Sequence record: SRR20825006_2868
DNA length: 32,435 bases
Reading direction: 5' to 3' (one strand)
A program made the position numbers and the translations under genes. This document shows positions 21,934 through 30,072 of this stretch, piece after piece (position 1 is the stretch's first letter; the number at the start of each line of letters is the position of its first letter). The notes below the pieces were generated by a model, which was given only the letters and a program-made list of their open reading frames with translations, had not been told where the DNA came from and searched no databases.

Positions 21934-22316
21934 TTAACGAGACTCTCGGCTTCTTTGATTCTTGAAATAAACCATAACAGTATCAGACAGATAGCAGCCA
22001 GCATTAATTGTAGACCGGTTCGACCCCATAGCACAGCAATGGAAATGCCAAAGGTCACTATAATCAGCAGGTAGACTTTTTTCTTTACGACGCGCCGCAT
22101 GGTATGCGTTTTCTCCCACTGCTGCAGTGGCGGACCGAACCATTTGTGATGGAGCAGCATGCTGTGAAAGCGCGGCGAGTTTTCAGCGAAACAGGCCAGC
22201 GCCAGAATCAGAAACGGTGTAGTGGGCAGCAGCGGCAATACCGCACCGAGAATGCCCAACAGGATAAACACCCAGCCCAGACTGATAAAGAAGTATTGTT
22301 TCAGTTTTTGTCGCAT
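21930..22316 (-). CDS. ybaN: YbaN/DUF454 family inner-membrane protein
   Basis: LGILGAVLPLLPTTPFLILA..CF...SPRFH..L..H.WFGP. ATGA overlap with the nitroreductase start. Confidence 0.88.
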   Translation of the reverse strand: MRQKLKQYFFISLGWVFILLGILGAVLPLLPTTPFLILALACFAENSPRFHSMLLHHKWFGPPLQQWEKTHTMRRVVKKKVYLLIIVTFGISIAVLWGRTGLQLMLAAICLILLWFISRIKEAESLVK

Positions 22317-22420
22317 CGCATTATCGGGGCGGGCTCAGCTCAGAAATCGGATTCTGAAACTATGATAGCGGATTCAGCCTGCCGGGATGAACCGTGTCTC
22401 AGCAGGCAGTAGTATGCGAC

Positions 22421-22987
22421 TCAGGCGCGAGACATGAATTTGCCGCTGTCAGTGTTGACCCGGATCACTTCCCCGTTTTCGATATATTCAGGCACCTGAA
22501 CTTCCAGTCCGGTAGACAGGGTCGCCGGCTTGGTTCTGGCCGCGGCGGTGGCGCCCTTGATGCCTGGGGCGGTGTCGGTAATCTGCAGGTTAACGGCAGC
22601 CGGCAGCTCAATCGCCACCAGTTGACCATCGAGTAGCACTGCCACGATGTTATCGAGGCCGTCACTGATAAAATTTATTTCGTCTTCAATATCTGCAGTA
22701 TCTATCATGAATTGCTCAAAGCTTTCATTATCCATGAACACATAACTGTCAGCGTCCTGATAGGAATACTGAACCAGTCGTCTTTCACAGTCGACGTCTT
22801 TGAGAAAGTCTTCGCCTTTCAGGGATTCATCCCGTTTCTGTCTGGTTTTGAGATGGTTGAAACGGATTTTATATAAAGTTGATGCACCGCGTGATGAGGG
22901 GTTGCGAACTTCGATCTGACTGACCACATAGGGTTCAGCAGCCAGTTCCAACACCATTCCGCGTTTGAGTTCACTGGCCTTGGGCAT
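22421..22987 (-). CDS. efpL: Elongation factor P-like protein EfpL (YeiP)
   Basis: MPKASELKRG start, loop PSSRGAST with Arg at the tip (EfpL-type, not the PGKG of EF-P), KPATLSTGLEVQVPEYI, FMSRA end. Confidence 0.9.
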   Translation of the reverse strand: MPKASELKRGMVLELAAEPYVVSQIEVRNPSSRGASTLYKIRFNHLKTRQKRDESLKGEDFLKDVDCERRLVQYSYQDADSYVFMDNESFEQFMIDTADIEDEINFISDGLDNIVAVLLDGQLVAIELPAAVNLQITDTAPGIKGATAAARTKPATLSTGLEVQVPEYIENGEVIRVNTDSGKFMSRA

Positions 22988-23014
22988 AACAGGTTCCGGA
23001 TAATAAAAAATCGC

Positions 23015-23042
23015 ATTATACCCAAGCAGTCGATAGTGTCAT
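23015..23042 (-). promoter_or_regulatory. Putative sigma70 promoter for efpL
   Basis: Minus strand reads ATGACA-16 bp-TATAAT, 27 bp upstream of the ATG. Confidence 0.55.
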
Positions 23043-23116
23043 TACATCGATGGTGATATAAACTCACAGTAGTTAAAAAATTATAATCAGTTATAACCCA
23101 GCAACGAGGATTACCG

Positions 23117-26100
23117 ATGATTACATGGCCTGGGGGTAAACCCATCCGCATATCTATCAGAGCAACCGTCATTGGTTTTTTCCTGTTCGCCACAGTGATC
23201 ACGGCGTCTGTCGCTATCAGCCTTCAGTATTTTTTCAGCACTGATATGGCTACCGAATCCACTCTCTCGGTTTACCAGAATACGGCTGCCAGTACACGGG
23301 ATTACCTTTCCACTGTGGATAGCCGGGCCGCAGCGGCAACAAGAATTCTGTCCCAGTTCACCCGCTTTGTCGGGGACAGTGGTATTACTGCCGACTCTCG
23401 TCAGTTGTTTGCCGAGGCCATGCATCGCAATCCTTTGTTTTATGCCATTTATATCGGTTTTACCAACGGTGATTTTTATGAGCTGATCAATCTTGAAGCT
23501 GATCCGACTATCCGTAAGCAATTGCGTGCCAAGCCGGAAGACCGTTGGGTCGCTATTCGTGTTGTTGGCGAGGGTGAGCAGCGTCTTCGCCGCTTCAACT
23601 ATCTGGATGCTGACTTCAATATTCGCGTCAGCCGGGAACACAAAACCGATTACGATCCCCGCAAGCGGCCCTGGTTCACTGACGCCAGGCTCGGTGAAGT
23701 CAATAAAACCGATCCCTACCTTTTCCAGCATCTGCAGGCGCCGGGGGAAACCTATTCCACGGTCGTCCCGGATAATCAGGCGGTACTGGCACTGGATATT
23801 ACATTGTCGTCATTGTCCGGATTCCTGAATACACAGGATTTGGGTGAGGACAGTGAGATTTACCTCTATCAGCAAACCGGTGAGCTCATCGCCTCAAATC
23901 AATCTGTCAAAGAAGCCAAGGCTCTGCCGCCGGCGCCCGAGCTTCAGTTATCAGAAGCACAGCAGCGTCTGATTGATTCGATTGACTATCTTACCGTGTC
24001 CAATGAGATCGACTGGCCGCCCATCAACTTTGCTGCTTCGGGCCAGCCTTATGGTTATGCCATTGATGTATTGAAATACATCTCCGAGATGACCGGCATC
24101 CCCATTCGCTATGTTAACGGCCTCAACTGGAATGAAATGGGGCAAATGTTTCTGAGTAATGAGCTGGATGTGTTGCAGCCGGTTTTCTTTGAAGAAAACA
24201 GACAGTTACTGGGCGATCTCAGCGAGCCTTTCCTGCAGGTGCCTTACGGGGTTATCACGGCCCAAGGTAGCGAAGAAATCAAGGAGGTTGAACAGCTATT
24301 CGGGAAGACGGTCGCCATTCCCTCAGGTTGGTCCTTGGCCAATAATCTGGAAGAAAACTTTCCTCAGATAAAGATTGTACGTGTTGACGATGTGCGTGCC
24401 ATGTTCAATGCCGTCCGTGAAGGTAAAGCGGATGCAGCGATAGATACGGCGCCTATTCTGAATTACACCGCAGCACAGTTTTTTATTGAAGATGTGGTTA
24501 TCCATCAACCACTGGATTTCGGTGAAGCCACCATGCCAACCCAGTTGCATTTTATGATCAACAAATCTCAGGCAGGCCTGACTGAGATTTTTAATCAGGC
24601 CATGGCTGCACTGGGGCCTGATCACCTTCAGGCGCTGAAAGATAAATGGCTCGACGGTCGCAGTAGTGTTTCCCGCCAGCTCGGTGCCGTGCCCTATTCA
24701 GAGTTGATGCGGATGGCTCAGCAGAATGTGACGGATGATTTGCAGACAGTGTCACTCAATGGTGAAGAACATTTTGTTTATCTGACCCCCTTCGGAGAGG
24801 CGGAAGGCAAGCAGGATTACTTTGCTATTGCCACGCCGGTCGATACCGTACTGGCCCCGGGGCTGGAGAAAGTCAAAACCTCCATTCTGCTGACGACGCT
24901 GGCCGTTCTGTTGCTGGTGCCGATATCCTGGTTGCTGGCCAGCCCCATCGTAAGACCGGTTCGGCAACTGGCAGATGACAGTGAAAAAATTACGCAGAGA
25001 CGTTATGACGAGGTGCAGGAAGTCTCCAGCAACATCGTTGAGGTCAGTGATCTGGCTGGCTCCATGAGCAATATGTCAGATGCTATTCAGCGCCATGAAA
25101 AAGCGCAGGAAGAGTTGCTGGATGCCTTTATCAAAGTGATCGCACAGGCGATCGATGATAAGTCACCTCATACCGCCGGTCACTGTGAACGGGTGCCGGA
25201 ACTGGCCTTTATGCTGGTGAGGGAAGCGGAGAAATCAGACCAGGGTCCTTTTAAAGACTTTGCTTTCAAAAATGCCGAGGAATGGCGTGAGTTCCAGGTG
25301 GCTGCCTGGCTGCATGACTGCGGCAAGATCACCACGCCTGAACATATCATCGACAAGGGCACCAAGCTGGAAACGATCTATAACCGTATCCATGAAGTCC
25401 GGATGCGATTCGAAGTATTGTGGCGCGATGCTGAAATTGATTACCTGATACAGCTGGCTGAACCCGGGGCCGATAAAGCCGCATTGGAAAAACAGAAGCA
25501 CGATAAACAACAACAGTTACGTGATGATTTTGCCTTTATCGCCAACGCCAATGTCGGCGGCGAGTTCATCAGCGAAGAAGATGTCGCCAAATTGCATGAG
25601 CTGGCAGAAACGACCTGGCTGCGTTATTTCGATGATCAGCTGGGCCTGTCTTCAGGCGAAATATCTCGTTTACAGGAAGCGCCACGTCCGCTGCCGGCCA
25701 CTGAGAAATTGCTGGTGGATCGACCTGAGCACTTGATAGAACGCCAGCACAGCACCGATTTTGATCCGAAGTTCGGTATCAAAATGGAAGTGCCCGAGTA
25801 TCTTTATAATCTGGGCGAGCTGCATAATCTGGCAATATCACGCGGTACGCTGAGCGCTGAAGACCGCTTTAAAATCAATGAACACATCATCAGCACCATC
25901 AAGATGCTGGAGAGCCTGCCGTTCCCAGAAGAGCTCAAGCGGGTACCGCGCTATGCATCCACTCACCATGAGACCATGAAAGGCACCGGTTACCCGCGCA
26001 AACTGACCGGTGATGAGTTATCGATGCCGGAACGCATTATGGTACTCGCTGATATCTACGAAGCACTGACGGCGGCCGACCGGCCCTACAAAAAAGCCAA

Positions 26101-26275
26101 GCCGGTCAGTGCGGCGCTGGATATTCTGCACAAGATGGTTCAAAACGATCATATTGATGTCGAAGTCTTTGAGCTGTTCCTGCGCAGTGGTGTTTATCTC
26201 CAGTATGCTCAGCGTTTCCTGCCGGCCAAACAAATTGATGAGATTGATATCAGCAAGTACTTGCGTGACAACTGA
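23117..26275 (+). CDS. Membrane-bound HD-GYP phosphodiesterase with periplasmic dCache and solute-binding (Venus-flytrap) domains plus HAMP
   Basis: TM1; Cache motif YDPRKRPWF; SBP family-3-like LTVSNEIDWPPINF..GYAIDVL...LKDKWL; TM2; HAMP IVRPVRQLA; DDKSPHTAGHCERV, WLHDCGK, HHETMKGTGYP, ADIYEALTAADRPYK. GAGG SD. Confidence 0.88.
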   Translation: MITWPGGKPIRISIRATVIGFFLFATVITASVAISLQYFFSTDMATESTLSVYQNTAASTRDYLSTVDSRAAAATRILSQFTRFVGDSGITADSRQLFAEAMHRNPLFYAIYIGFTNGDFYELINLEADPTIRKQLRAKPEDRWVAIRVVGEGEQRLRRFNYLDADFNIRVSREHKTDYDPRKRPWFTDARLGEVNKTDPYLFQHLQAPGETYSTVVPDNQAVLALDITLSSLSGFLNTQDLGEDSEIYLYQQTGELIASNQSVKEAKALPPAPELQLSEAQQRLIDSIDYLTVSNEIDWPPINFAASGQPYGYAIDVLKYISEMTGIPIRYVNGLNWNEMGQMFLSNELDVLQPVFFEENRQLLGDLSEPFLQVPYGVITAQGSEEIKEVEQLFGKTVAIPSGWSLANNLEENFPQIKIVRVDDVRAMFNAVREGKADAAIDTAPILNYTAAQFFIEDVVIHQPLDFGEATMPTQLHFMINKSQAGLTEIFNQAMAALGPDHLQALKDKWLDGRSSVSRQLGAVPYSELMRMAQQNVTDDLQTVSLNGEEHFVYLTPFGEAEGKQDYFAIATPVDTVLAPGLEKVKTSILLTTLAVLLLVPISWLLASPIVRPVRQLADDSEKITQRRYDEVQEVSSNIVEVSDLAGSMSNMSDAIQRHEKAQEELLDAFIKVIAQAIDDKSPHTAGHCERVPELAFMLVREAEKSDQGPFKDFAFKNAEEWREFQVAAWLHDCGKITTPEHIIDKGTKLETIYNRIHEVRMRFEVLWRDAEIDYLIQLAEPGADKAALEKQKHDKQQQLRDDFAFIANANVGGEFISEEDVAKLHELAETTWLRYFDDQLGLSSGEISRLQEAPRPLPATEKLLVDRPEHLIERQHSTDFDPKFGIKMEVPEYLYNLGELHNLAISRGTLSAEDRFKINEHIISTIKMLESLPFPEELKRVPRYASTHHETMKGTGYPRKLTGDELSMPERIMVLADIYEALTAADRPYKKAKPVSAALDILHKMVQNDHIDVEVFELFLRSGVYLQYAQRFLPAKQIDEIDISKYLRDN

Positions 26276-26355
26276 TCTCATCATTAGCTTTGGGCTAGAA
26301 TAGCCGCCATGAAACAGCGAACAAATACTCAGCCCCGGCGGCTGCAAGGCGGTTT

Positions 26356-27276
26356 ATGATGGCCATTCAGTGGTATCCCGGCCATATGCATAAGGCCAGC
26401 AAGGAGATGAAGCAGGTCCTGCCGCAGGTCGACCTGATTATTGAAGTGCTGGACGCCCGCATTCCATTCAGTAGTCAGAACCCGATGCTGGCCGAACTGC
26501 GGGGTAACAAACCATGTATCAAAGTGTTGAATAAAATGGATCTGGCCGATCCTGAAGTGACTGAAAGCTGGCAGGATTACCTGGAACAGGAACAGTCGGT
26601 GAAAACACTAACCATGGTCGCGCAGCGCCCGGAGCGGGTGAAAGACTTGCTCAGTCTGTGCCAGAAAATGGTACCGTCGAAAGCCAGCAGCGTTAAACAG
26701 ATCCAGACCATGATTATGGGCATCCCCAATGTCGGCAAGTCAACCCTGATCAATACCCTGGCGGGTCGTCAGATTGCCAAAACCGGCAATGAACCCGCTA
26801 TCACAAAGATGCAGCAGCGTATCAAGCTGGAGCAGGGCATCGTGCTGCATGATACCCCAGGGGTGTTATGGCCTAATCTGGAAAACCCGCATAGCGGTTA
26901 CCGGCTGGCGATTACTGGGGCGATTAAGGAAACCGCCATCGATAACGATGACATCGCGCTCTATGCCATCGAGTACCTGATGGCCTCTTATCCTAAGCAA
27001 CTTAAGCAGCGTTTCGAACTCTCACTGTTACCGGAAAGTGGTCTGGAAGCAATGGAGGCGGTAGGCAACCGTCGCGGTTGTCTGCGTGGTGGTGGCCGGG
27101 TTGACCTGGAACGTGTAGCCAAGATTGTTCTGACAGAAATCCGTGCCGGTCTGCTGGGGCCGATTAGTTGGGAAACCCCGGAGATGACAGAAAAGGAATG
27201 GGCGGAAGTGCTGATCGCGCGGGAACAGAAAGCCGCTAAAAAAGCCGCCCGAAAGCAAAAGAAAAATCGTCGTTAA
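26356..27276 (+). CDS. rbgA: Ribosome biogenesis GTPase RbgA (YlqF)
   Basis: IQWYPGHM, EVLDARIP, NKMDL, GIPNVGKSTLIN, DTPGVLWP (circularly permuted GTPase). Confidence 0.95.
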   Translation: MMAIQWYPGHMHKASKEMKQVLPQVDLIIEVLDARIPFSSQNPMLAELRGNKPCIKVLNKMDLADPEVTESWQDYLEQEQSVKTLTMVAQRPERVKDLLSLCQKMVPSKASSVKQIQTMIMGIPNVGKSTLINTLAGRQIAKTGNEPAITKMQQRIKLEQGIVLHDTPGVLWPNLENPHSGYRLAITGAIKETAIDNDDIALYAIEYLMASYPKQLKQRFELSLLPESGLEAMEAVGNRRGCLRGGGRVDLERVAKIVLTEIRAGLLGPISWETPEMTEKEWAEVLIAREQKAAKKAARKQKKNRR

Positions 27277-27368
27277 GCAACGGTAGTAGCGGAAACTAAT
27301 TGCCTGCGCGCTTGTCGATCTGCATACACAGACAATCACCGGTGTTCAGCCATCGGACGGGAGGAAAC

Positions 27369-27884
27369 GTGAGAGCGCTTATCATTGCCAGCCTGGCCAT
27401 TTTCATTACGGCCTGCAGTTCTGCCCCTGCCACTATTCAGCATGCACCACATGCTGACCTTCAGCTCAAACAAGTTACGCCCAATGTCGATGCTCATATG
27501 GGCGAAGCGGTTCGCTGGGGCGGCAAAGTCATTGAAGTGAAGAACGAACAAAGCTATTCCCAGATCCAACTCGTGCAGTTTCCGCTCAACCGATACGGCC
27601 GACCAGTTGAATCCAATGAAAGCCAGGGCCGTTTTCTGGTACGCAGTAATGAATTTCTCGATCCCGAAATTTTTACCAACGGCAGCATGCTGACCGTCTA
27701 CGGCAAAATTACCGATAAGGCCGACCTCAAAGTGGATCAAAAAACATTGAACTTGCCCGTCGTCAACATCATCGATAGTCAGCGCTGGCCGGTAAACAGT
27801 GCTTCCGGCAGACCTTACAATCCCAAACATGACTGGCCTTTCGTTGGCTTTGGATATTACGCCACAGGCTCCTATTCCCCCTGA
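27369..27884 (+). CDS. slp: Slp-family outer-membrane lipoprotein
   Basis: GTG start after GGAGG, lipobox ITA-C, VRWGGKVI, S.GRFL, FLDP.IF..G..LTVYG. Confidence 0.85.
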   Translation: MRALIIASLAIFITACSSAPATIQHAPHADLQLKQVTPNVDAHMGEAVRWGGKVIEVKNEQSYSQIQLVQFPLNRYGRPVESNESQGRFLVRSNEFLDPEIFTNGSMLTVYGKITDKADLKVDQKTLNLPVVNIIDSQRWPVNSASGRPYNPKHDWPFVGFGYYATGSYSP

Positions 27885-27916
27885 CTCAAGTCCCTCATCG
27901 CAATCGTTTAAATATT

Positions 27917-27959
27917 TAAATGATAATGATTTGCATTTAGATTAAAGCGTGTTTATACT
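27917..27959 (+). promoter_or_regulatory. Fur box overlapping the -35 of a sigma70 promoter
   Basis: TAAATGATAATGATTTGCATTTA; 27922-27940 matches 13/19 of GATAATGATAATCATTATC. Promoter TTGCAT(27931)-17 bp-TATACT(27954). Confidence 0.82.
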
Positions 27960-27990
27960 CACCGTTACTGTTTTTCAGTAGGGGTGAGAT

Positions 27991-28176
27991 ATGAAGACAG
28001 CACAATTTAATCAGCAAAGCAGACATACCATTCATCTCGCTTTCAGCGAGGACCGCCTGCAAACTTTGATTGCCGAAGGCAAATTGCACGCGGCTGATTT
28101 CAACTGCCTGGATAAACCCTCCAAACGTAGCGTCTGGAGCATGTTGCTGGCGACCACAGCAAGGAAGATCTCATGA
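27991..28176 (+). CDS. Small hypothetical protein (61 aa), first gene after Fur box 1
   Basis: AGGGG SD, 31 bp downstream of the -10 box; stop overlaps the next ATG (ATGA). No family recognised. Confidence 0.68.
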   Translation: MKTAQFNQQSRHTIHLAFSEDRLQTLIAEGKLHAADFNCLDKPSKRSVWSMLLATTARKIS

Positions 28177-28442
28177 CGGCCCGTCTGCATCGTCGCCCGG
28201 ATTGGCGCCGTGAATGTCTGATTGCCGCTAACCGTCAACTGGAAAAAAACTACCAGTGCCAGCCAAGCGCTTGTGTGGCATTGCAAATCAGCCGAAATTA
28301 CCGGCTTTTGCTGACCCATTATGATCAGCCTGATATCAAGCTACTCTGGCAGCAATTATCCCAGCGCTGGTGGTCACTCTACTGCCGGCAAAGGCAACTA
28401 CCCGAACACACATTGCGAGACTTTTCAGCAGTGATTAACTAA
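28173..28442 (+). CDS. Small hypothetical protein (89 aa), Cys/Trp-rich, probably helical
   Basis: AGGAAG SD inside the upstream ORF, ATGA coupling; its stop overlaps the SD of the next ORF. Confidence 0.65.
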   Translation: MTARLHRRPDWRRECLIAANRQLEKNYQCQPSACVALQISRNYRLLLTHYDQPDIKLLWQQLSQRWWSLYCRQRQLPEHTLRDFSAVIN

Positions 28443-28451
28443 GGAGAAAAC

Positions 28452-28667
28452 ATGGCAGCAAGTTGCAGACCTCAAACCGTATTTGAATCCTCAACCGTTG
28501 ATATTCAGCACTGCCCTGACTGTCAGATGATCCATCTGACGATGGGCTCCATCACGATGCGTATGAGTGAGCATCATTTCTCTCAGTTCGCCAAAGATAT
28601 CAGCCGCGGTCTGTTTGAATTCAACACCGACAGTGTCAGTCAGCCGGGTCTGCGGGTGATGATGTAG
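28452..28667 (+). CDS. Small hypothetical protein (71 aa) with C-x15-CxxC-x3-H putative metal site
   Basis: Strong AAGGAG SD; sequence MAASC...HCPDCQMIHLTMGSITMRMSEHHF. Confidence 0.75.
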   Translation: MAASCRPQTVFESSTVDIQHCPDCQMIHLTMGSITMRMSEHHFSQFAKDISRGLFEFNTDSVSQPGLRVMM

Positions 28668-28690
28668 CATTTTTGCAACAATAAAAATTA

Positions 28691-28707
28691 ACATTTGTCA
28701 CAAATGT
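28691..28707. promoter_or_regulatory. Perfect 8-1-8 palindrome upstream of the porin promoter (candidate TF operator)
   Basis: ACATTTGT-C-ACAAATGT. Confidence 0.5.
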
Positions 28708-28716
28708 AACGAAAAC

Positions 28717-28747
28717 AAATGATAATGATTCGCACTCTGTGTATAAT
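28717..28747 (+). promoter_or_regulatory. Second Fur box overlapping the -35 of the porin operon promoter
   Basis: AAATGATAATGATTCGCACT, 18/20 identical to box 1. ATGATA(28719)-17 bp-TATAAT(28742). Confidence 0.8.
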
Positions 28748-28789
28748 TCCTCTGGTTTTAATTTTCATTTACAGATAGGAGAAAGCAGA

Positions 28790-30049
28790 GTGAGATTTAA
28801 ACGCACACTTCTGGCTACAACGCTGATGGCAGCAATGTCAGCCACTCAGGCGGCAACGCCAACCAATGAAGAAATCTGGCAACTGCTGCAGGAAATGAAG
28901 CAGGAGTTGAGTTCAGTCAAGCAACAAAACGAAGCACTGAAAGCACAAAATGAAAACCTGAAAGATCAGGTGGAAGCCACTGAAGCCAAAGCTCAGGAAG
29001 CGAGTGATGCAGCAGAGGCTGTCGCTGTAGCAAGTGAAGAGGCTATCAAAACGGCAACTGCTAAAGACGACAAAACCTCAGTGGGGGGCTATGGCGAGCT
29101 GCATTACAATAACCTGGAAAATCAGGGTGCCGGTGAGGATGTGGATGAACTGGACTTCCACCGTTTCGTCCTGTTCTTTAATCATGAGTTCAATGACCGC
29201 TTGCGTCTTTTTACCGAGTTGGAGCTGGAACATTCACTCGCTGGTGAAGGTAAAGAAGGTGAAGTCGAGCTGGAACAGGCTTTTATTCAATATGACCTGA
29301 ATGACAAGCATCGGGTTAATGCAGGTTTGTTCCTGTTACCTGTCGGCTTGTTGAATGAAACTCATGAACCGAATACCTTCTACGGTGTTGAACGTAACAG
29401 TGTGGAAAGTCGCATCATTCCAACAACCTGGTGGGAAGGTGGTCTGATGTTCAGTGGCGAACTGGCCCAAGGCTTTTCTTATGACGTCGCTGCTACCGGT
29501 GGTTTAAAAACCAGTGCCGGTAGTGATTACGCAGTTCGCAGTGGGCGTCAAAAGGTATCTGAAGCGCTGGCAGATGACTTCGCCTATACTGCTCGTTTGA
29601 AATGGACTGGCATCCCGGGCATCGAATTAGCTTCATCAATTCAGTATCAGGAAGACATTACCCAGAGTCTGGACCCGAGTGCCGGCAGTGCATTCCTGTG
29701 GGAAGCACACGCTGCGATTCAGAAAGGTGACTTTGGTCTGCGGGCACTTTATGCCACCTGGGATCTGGATGGTGATGGCCCTGAAGCCGTCGGTGCGGAT
29801 GAACAAACCGGCTGGTACATTGAGCCTTCTTATAAGCTGACTGACAGTGTGGGTATCTTCACCCGCTACAGCATGTGGGATAATCAGGCCGGTAATTCTT
29901 CAGATTCGGAAATCAAACAATGGGATCTGGGTCTGAACTGGTGGTTGGATCCACAGGTAGCGATTAAGTTCGATTACCAGGATCAGGACGCTGAAAACAA
30001 AGATGATGAATTTGATGGCTTCAACGTCGGTGTTGGCTATCAGTTCTAA
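28790..30049 (+). CDS. Outer-membrane porin (OprO/P-superfamily-like barrel) with N-terminal periplasmic coiled coil
   Basis: GTG start after AGGAGA, Sec signal (…ATQA), heptad-rich segment LLQEMKQELSSVKQQNEALKAQNENLKDQV, amphipathic beta strands, BAM signal VGVGYQF. No TonB box or plug domain evident. Confidence 0.85.
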   Translation: MRFKRTLLATTLMAAMSATQAATPTNEEIWQLLQEMKQELSSVKQQNEALKAQNENLKDQVEATEAKAQEASDAAEAVAVASEEAIKTATAKDDKTSVGGYGELHYNNLENQGAGEDVDELDFHRFVLFFNHEFNDRLRLFTELELEHSLAGEGKEGEVELEQAFIQYDLNDKHRVNAGLFLLPVGLLNETHEPNTFYGVERNSVESRIIPTTWWEGGLMFSGELAQGFSYDVAATGGLKTSAGSDYAVRSGRQKVSEALADDFAYTARLKWTGIPGIELASSIQYQEDITQSLDPSAGSAFLWEAHAAIQKGDFGLRALYATWDLDGDGPEAVGADEQTGWYIEPSYKLTDSVGIFTRYSMWDNQAGNSSDSEIKQWDLGLNWWLDPQVAIKFDYQDQDAENKDDEFDGFNVGVGYQF

Positions 30050-30072
30050 TCGAGACTGATGCAGGTGTGGTG

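Noticed and set aside
22317-22420. Small hairpins between efpL and ybaN as a possible ncRNA or riboswitch
   Set aside because: Only short stems (TCAGAA/TTCTGA, GCCTGC/GCAGGC), with no recognisable family motif.
23052-23068. CRP-like site GGTGA-N7-TCACA upstream of the HD-GYP gene
   Set aside because: Spacer is 7 rather than 6 bp and the left half-site is imperfect; not supportable.
28860-29070. Low-complexity Q/E/A/K-rich stretch at the porin 5' end as a possible repeat
   Set aside because: No exact nucleotide repeat; explained by coiled-coil coding.
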